A DNA stretch of 64,000 nucleotides from Eledone cirrhosa. Its lineage: Eukaryota. A program made the translations under genes and the position numbers. Positions 59,921 to 64,000 of the stretch are shown here, piece after piece. Location: positions 30,194,001-30,258,000 of the forward strand of contig OZ024759.1 of the NCBI GenBank assembly GCA_964016885.1, read 5' to 3'. Each line of letters starts with the position of its first letter. The stretch's first letter is position 1. The notes beneath the pieces are model-generated. The model was not told the DNA's origin and made no database searches. It saw only the letters and a list, made by a program, of their open reading frames with translations.

Positions 59921-59968
59921 AAGGGTGAAAGCAGCGATTCTTTGCTTAAACTTTAATCTGTTATTTTA

Positions 59969-60003
<35 letters not shown>

Positions 60004-60039
60004 AACATATATATATATATATATTTAAATATATATAAA

Positions 60040-60104
<65 letters not shown>

Positions 60105-60301
60105 CAGATTAATATATATATAAAAATATAAGATTAATATATATATTAAAATAACAGATTAAAGTTTAAGCAAAGAATCGCTGCTTAAACTTTAATCTGT
60201 TATTTTAATAAATATTTGCTCTACGGTTCTTAGATATTTGATATATATTTAGCCTTATCGAGCCCTCTTTGGATTTTAGTTTTCACATTTATTGTTATTA
60301 C
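59921..60301 (+). mobile_element. Family D element with reiterated arm fragments in (TA)n
   Basis: Repeated aaaataacagattaa starts, then a fold-back and tail. Confidence 0.7.
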
Positions 60302-60321
60302 TATATATATATATATGTGTG

Positions 60322-60748
60322 TAGGAGGTGAGTTTTATTATAGTACAATAAAGCAATGCAGATATCGGATAAGTAGCACTCAACAGTTTGTAGGACTGGA
60401 GTATAAATAATATATAATATCAAAAGACGGTTAAAAGAGTTCCATGTATTTTATTATGCGCATTTCAAAAACAGATATCATCATGCAATAACATTTGCGT
60501 TTTCGTCAGATAAAATAGGGAGACATGATATGAAGGTTAAACACACACTTGTGAATAGTGCAGTTTTAAATCAACATATCATGTGTATGTTGATTTAACA
60601 CTGCACTATTCACAAGTGTGTTTTAACCTTCATATCATGTCTCCCTATTTTATCTGACGAAAACGCAAATGTTATCGCATGATGATATTTGTTTTTGAAA
60701 TGCGCATAATAAAATACATGGAACTCTTTTAACCATCTTTTGATCTTA
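60322..60748 (-). mobile_element. Family F fold-back element (~160-bp arms) with hammerheads on both strands
   Basis: Arms 60418-60580 and 60586-60748; tail with agcactca at 60375. Confidence 0.8.
60646..60716 (+). ncRNA. Type I hammerhead ribozyme (mirror at ~60447-60517 -)
   Basis: tattttat-CTGACGA-aaacgcaaatgttatc gcat gatgatatttgttttt-GAAA-tgcgca-TA-ataaaata. Confidence 0.8.
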
Positions 60749-60768
60749 TATATATATATATATATATA

Positions 60769-61010
60769 TTGACAAAAGAAATTAAATAAATTATTTAGCC
60801 TGATAGTGGGGTTAAGAACCCTCGGAGAAATGGAAAAAAACGAGTATTGACCTCCCATGTACGTCAATACTCATCTTTTTCCATTTCTGCGAGGGTTCTT
60901 AACCCCACTATCAGGCTAAATAATTTCTTTAATTTCTTTAGTCAAAATACGGCGATAGCTTACATTTCTAATAATTTCAAACCCGCTCGCTGTTTCGAAA
61001 ATATTCTTAC
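60769..61010 (+). mobile_element. Family G fold-back element (partial homolog at 55325-55445)
   Basis: ~80-bp arms ttatttagcctgatagtggggttaagaaccctcg… / …cgagggttcttaaccccactatcaggctaaataa. Confidence 0.7.
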
Positions 61011-61226
61011 ATATATATATATATATATATAATACAAGGACGAATGGTTACTCCCTCGTTACGTTTATTGGTTGTTTTCGCGCGTTTCGCGATTGATCAG
61101 CTCAAGGTTCGATCTGTATCGATCTAACCCGACTCTGAAATCAAACGCTCGTCGGACCTCTGTGGCTGTAATGACAGAATGAATATATATATATATATAT
61201 ATATACATACATAAACCCTAATAACT

Positions 61227-61655
61227 GAAGCAACTTAAAATTTGTTTTGCTCAAGAATACAACAAAACCCAACCAACCCAACCCAGTAATCGAACACATG
61301 ATATTATGATTGTAAGTCCAGCAACCTTACCACTGGAGCAACGTGAAATAAAGTGTCTTTCTCAAGAACACAAAACACACAACACAGTCCAAGAATCAAA
61401 TCCACAACATTATGATCTTAAGTCTAACATCTTAACCACTGAAGCAGCTTAGAACGAAGTGTGTTGCTCAAGAACACGGCATACAACCTAGTCTAGGAAT
61501 CAAACACATGACATTATGGTCGCAAGACCAACACCCTTACCATGTAAGTAACTTAAAATTAAGTGTTTTGCTCAAGAACACAACACACAACAGAACCCAG
61601 TCCAGGGATCAAACCCACAACATTATAATAGGTAAGTCCAACACCCTTACCACTA
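61227..61655 (-). repeat. Tandem array (~105 bp x4) of decayed CORE-SINE 5' halves
   Basis: Repeats of gcaac.t.aaat…gctcaagaacacaa…ccag..atc.aac.cac…cttaccact. Confidence 0.7.
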
Positions 61656-62639
61656 GGCTCAGTATCTCCACTATTCTATACTAACCAATTGGTGACGCTG
61701 ACATTAACACATTAAAGCAGACAGAAAACGGGGTGAGGGAAATACCACCATGACAGATAATATATGAACATATATAAACCACAATAAAATAACACAATAA
61801 AACACATTTAATGGATATTTAGACATAAAGCAATATGAACAGCAGCAACAATAATAACAACAATATAACAACAACAACAACAGTAATATCAACATCATTA
61901 TCATCATCAACAACAACAATACCAACAACAGCAGCAGCAAAAATACCACCAACAACAACAGCAATAATAACAACAACAACAACAACTACAACAACAAAAG
62001 CAACAACAACAACAACAGCAATACTATCAACAACATCAACAATAACAGCAGCAACAGCAGCATCATCATCATCAACAACAACAGCAAATGTAATAAGAGT
62101 TGTAAAAATGTAAGGGTAGTAAAATAAAATAAAAAATAAACGTAAACTAAAAATTAAAAAAATAAAATAAAAATAAAAATAATATTAATAATAATGGAAC
62201 TGTAGATTTGAACATTTTCCAAGAGCGGTGACATTACCTTATATGGGTATGATGACGTCATCATATTGTGAATTATTTTCTAAAATTTAATCTGTTGTGA
62301 AAAGTGAAAAACCAGATTAGTGTTTCGCTGATTTTTCGACTGTTTAACGTACACACAGTCACACACACACACACACACACAGTCACACACACACACACAC
62401 ACACGCACACATATATATATACATAGGGTCTTACATTCACACACACACACACACATAGAGACTCACACAGTCACACACAAATAGACATTCACACATTCAC
62501 ACACACACACACATATATATATACACACAATCATACACACACACACATATATATATATATACACACAGACTTATATTCACACACACACATACATACACAC
62601 GCATACACACACATATATATATATATATATTTGTATATA

Positions 62640-62681
<42 letters not shown>

Positions 62682-62701
62682 GAAGTTCATATATGCTTGA
62701 A

Positions 62702-62751
<50 letters not shown>

Positions 62752-62991
62752 TGTATGTACTGAACACACGTTTGGTACATCTGTGTACGTATATGTACGA
62801 TAAGCACTAAAATGCGTCACAGAGAAAGTGAGAGATAACAACAACAACAACAACAACAACATTTTTATATCAGGCTGACATTTACGGTCCAGAGTTTATG
62901 ACGTCATACGTAGACAGTTCGCTATTTTACAGCTTTTCTCCCCCATTCCTCACAATACTGATGAACACAAGAGAAATAGGAAAATCTACAT

Positions 62992-63034
<43 letters not shown>

Positions 63035-63139
63035 AACACACACACATATATATATATATAAACACACACGCATATATATATATATAAACACACACACATA
63101 TATATATATATAAACACACACGCATATATATATATATAA

Positions 63140-63202
<63 letters not shown>

Positions 63203-63237
63203 CATATATATATTTATATATATACATATATATATAT

Positions 63238-63564
63238 CCGGGAGCTTCCAACAGAAATGGTCGCATTCTGTAAGGGTATGTCAATATTTATTTATAAAAC
63301 TGATCTATATTATATTTTATCTGATGCAAGCGCACCATAATTTAACTTGGTGTCCTTGAAATATGTATAATGAAATAAATATGCTTTTATAAATATAGTT
63401 TCCATTTGTTAATATATCGTATATATACATATATATTTATTAAAATAACAGATTAAAGTTTAAGCGAAGAATCGCTGTTTTCACCCTTAACGGGATCTTC
63501 TGAAACTGTTATTTTAATAAATATTTGCTCTACGGTTCTTATATATCCTTATCAAGCCCTTTTT

Positions 63565-63570
<6 letters not shown>
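63238..63570. mobile_element. Family A arm (hammerhead with CTGATGC mutation) followed by a family D element
   Basis: Homology to 13511-13790 and 54272-54537. Confidence 0.7.
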
Positions 63571-63616
<46 letters not shown>

Positions 63617-63924
63617 GCGCACAGGCAAAATGCATGTGGGAAAACTACGGTACAACGGTCGCTTCTTCGCAGTAAACCTCTGGAAAATGCAATAGTTTCA
63701 GTATTTGAAGATGAATACTGTTCATTTCTTTGCACACAAGTACACAGATACTCACACATACAATCACAAATACAGACTCACAGACACTAGTTGATAATAC
63801 AAGTTTTTATGGTGTAGATTAAGATAGTTCAAGTGAGATTATCACAACTGGAATGAAATATTCCAGTTGTGATAATGAAGCGGTTCTAAATCAATTAGAT
63901 GATTTAATTTTAATCTTTGTTAAT

Positions 63925-63987
<63 letters not shown>

Positions 63988-64000
63988 CAGAAGGAATATT

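Overview
Eukaryotic, AT-rich, repeat-saturated, apparently intronic or intergenic DNA. It is most likely from an octopod cephalopod (inference from tRNA-derived Meta-type and CORE-type SINEs resembling octopus SINEs, plus very high (TA)n density). I cannot support any intact host protein-coding gene; almost all track ORFs are microsatellite artefacts. The real coding remnants come from transposons: three Penelope-like (PLE) GIY-YIG fragments (two Naiad-like, one of them with TGA at a conserved Cys), RTE, CR1-like and CRE-like LINE fragments, and an internally deleted mariner. The main hidden structure is a set of at least 8 families of short non-coding elements inserted in (TA)n tracts. Many share one architecture: an inverted arm, a direct arm, and a 3' tail carrying a TGAGTRCT-like motif. 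About a dozen type I hammerhead ribozyme motifs, identified by eye, occur in these elements and in PLE 3' ends. One copy (6641-7594) shows a permuted ~476-nt tandem unit, as expected for a retrozyme-like or minimal non-autonomous PLE. All calls are by manual inspection and coordinates are approximate.
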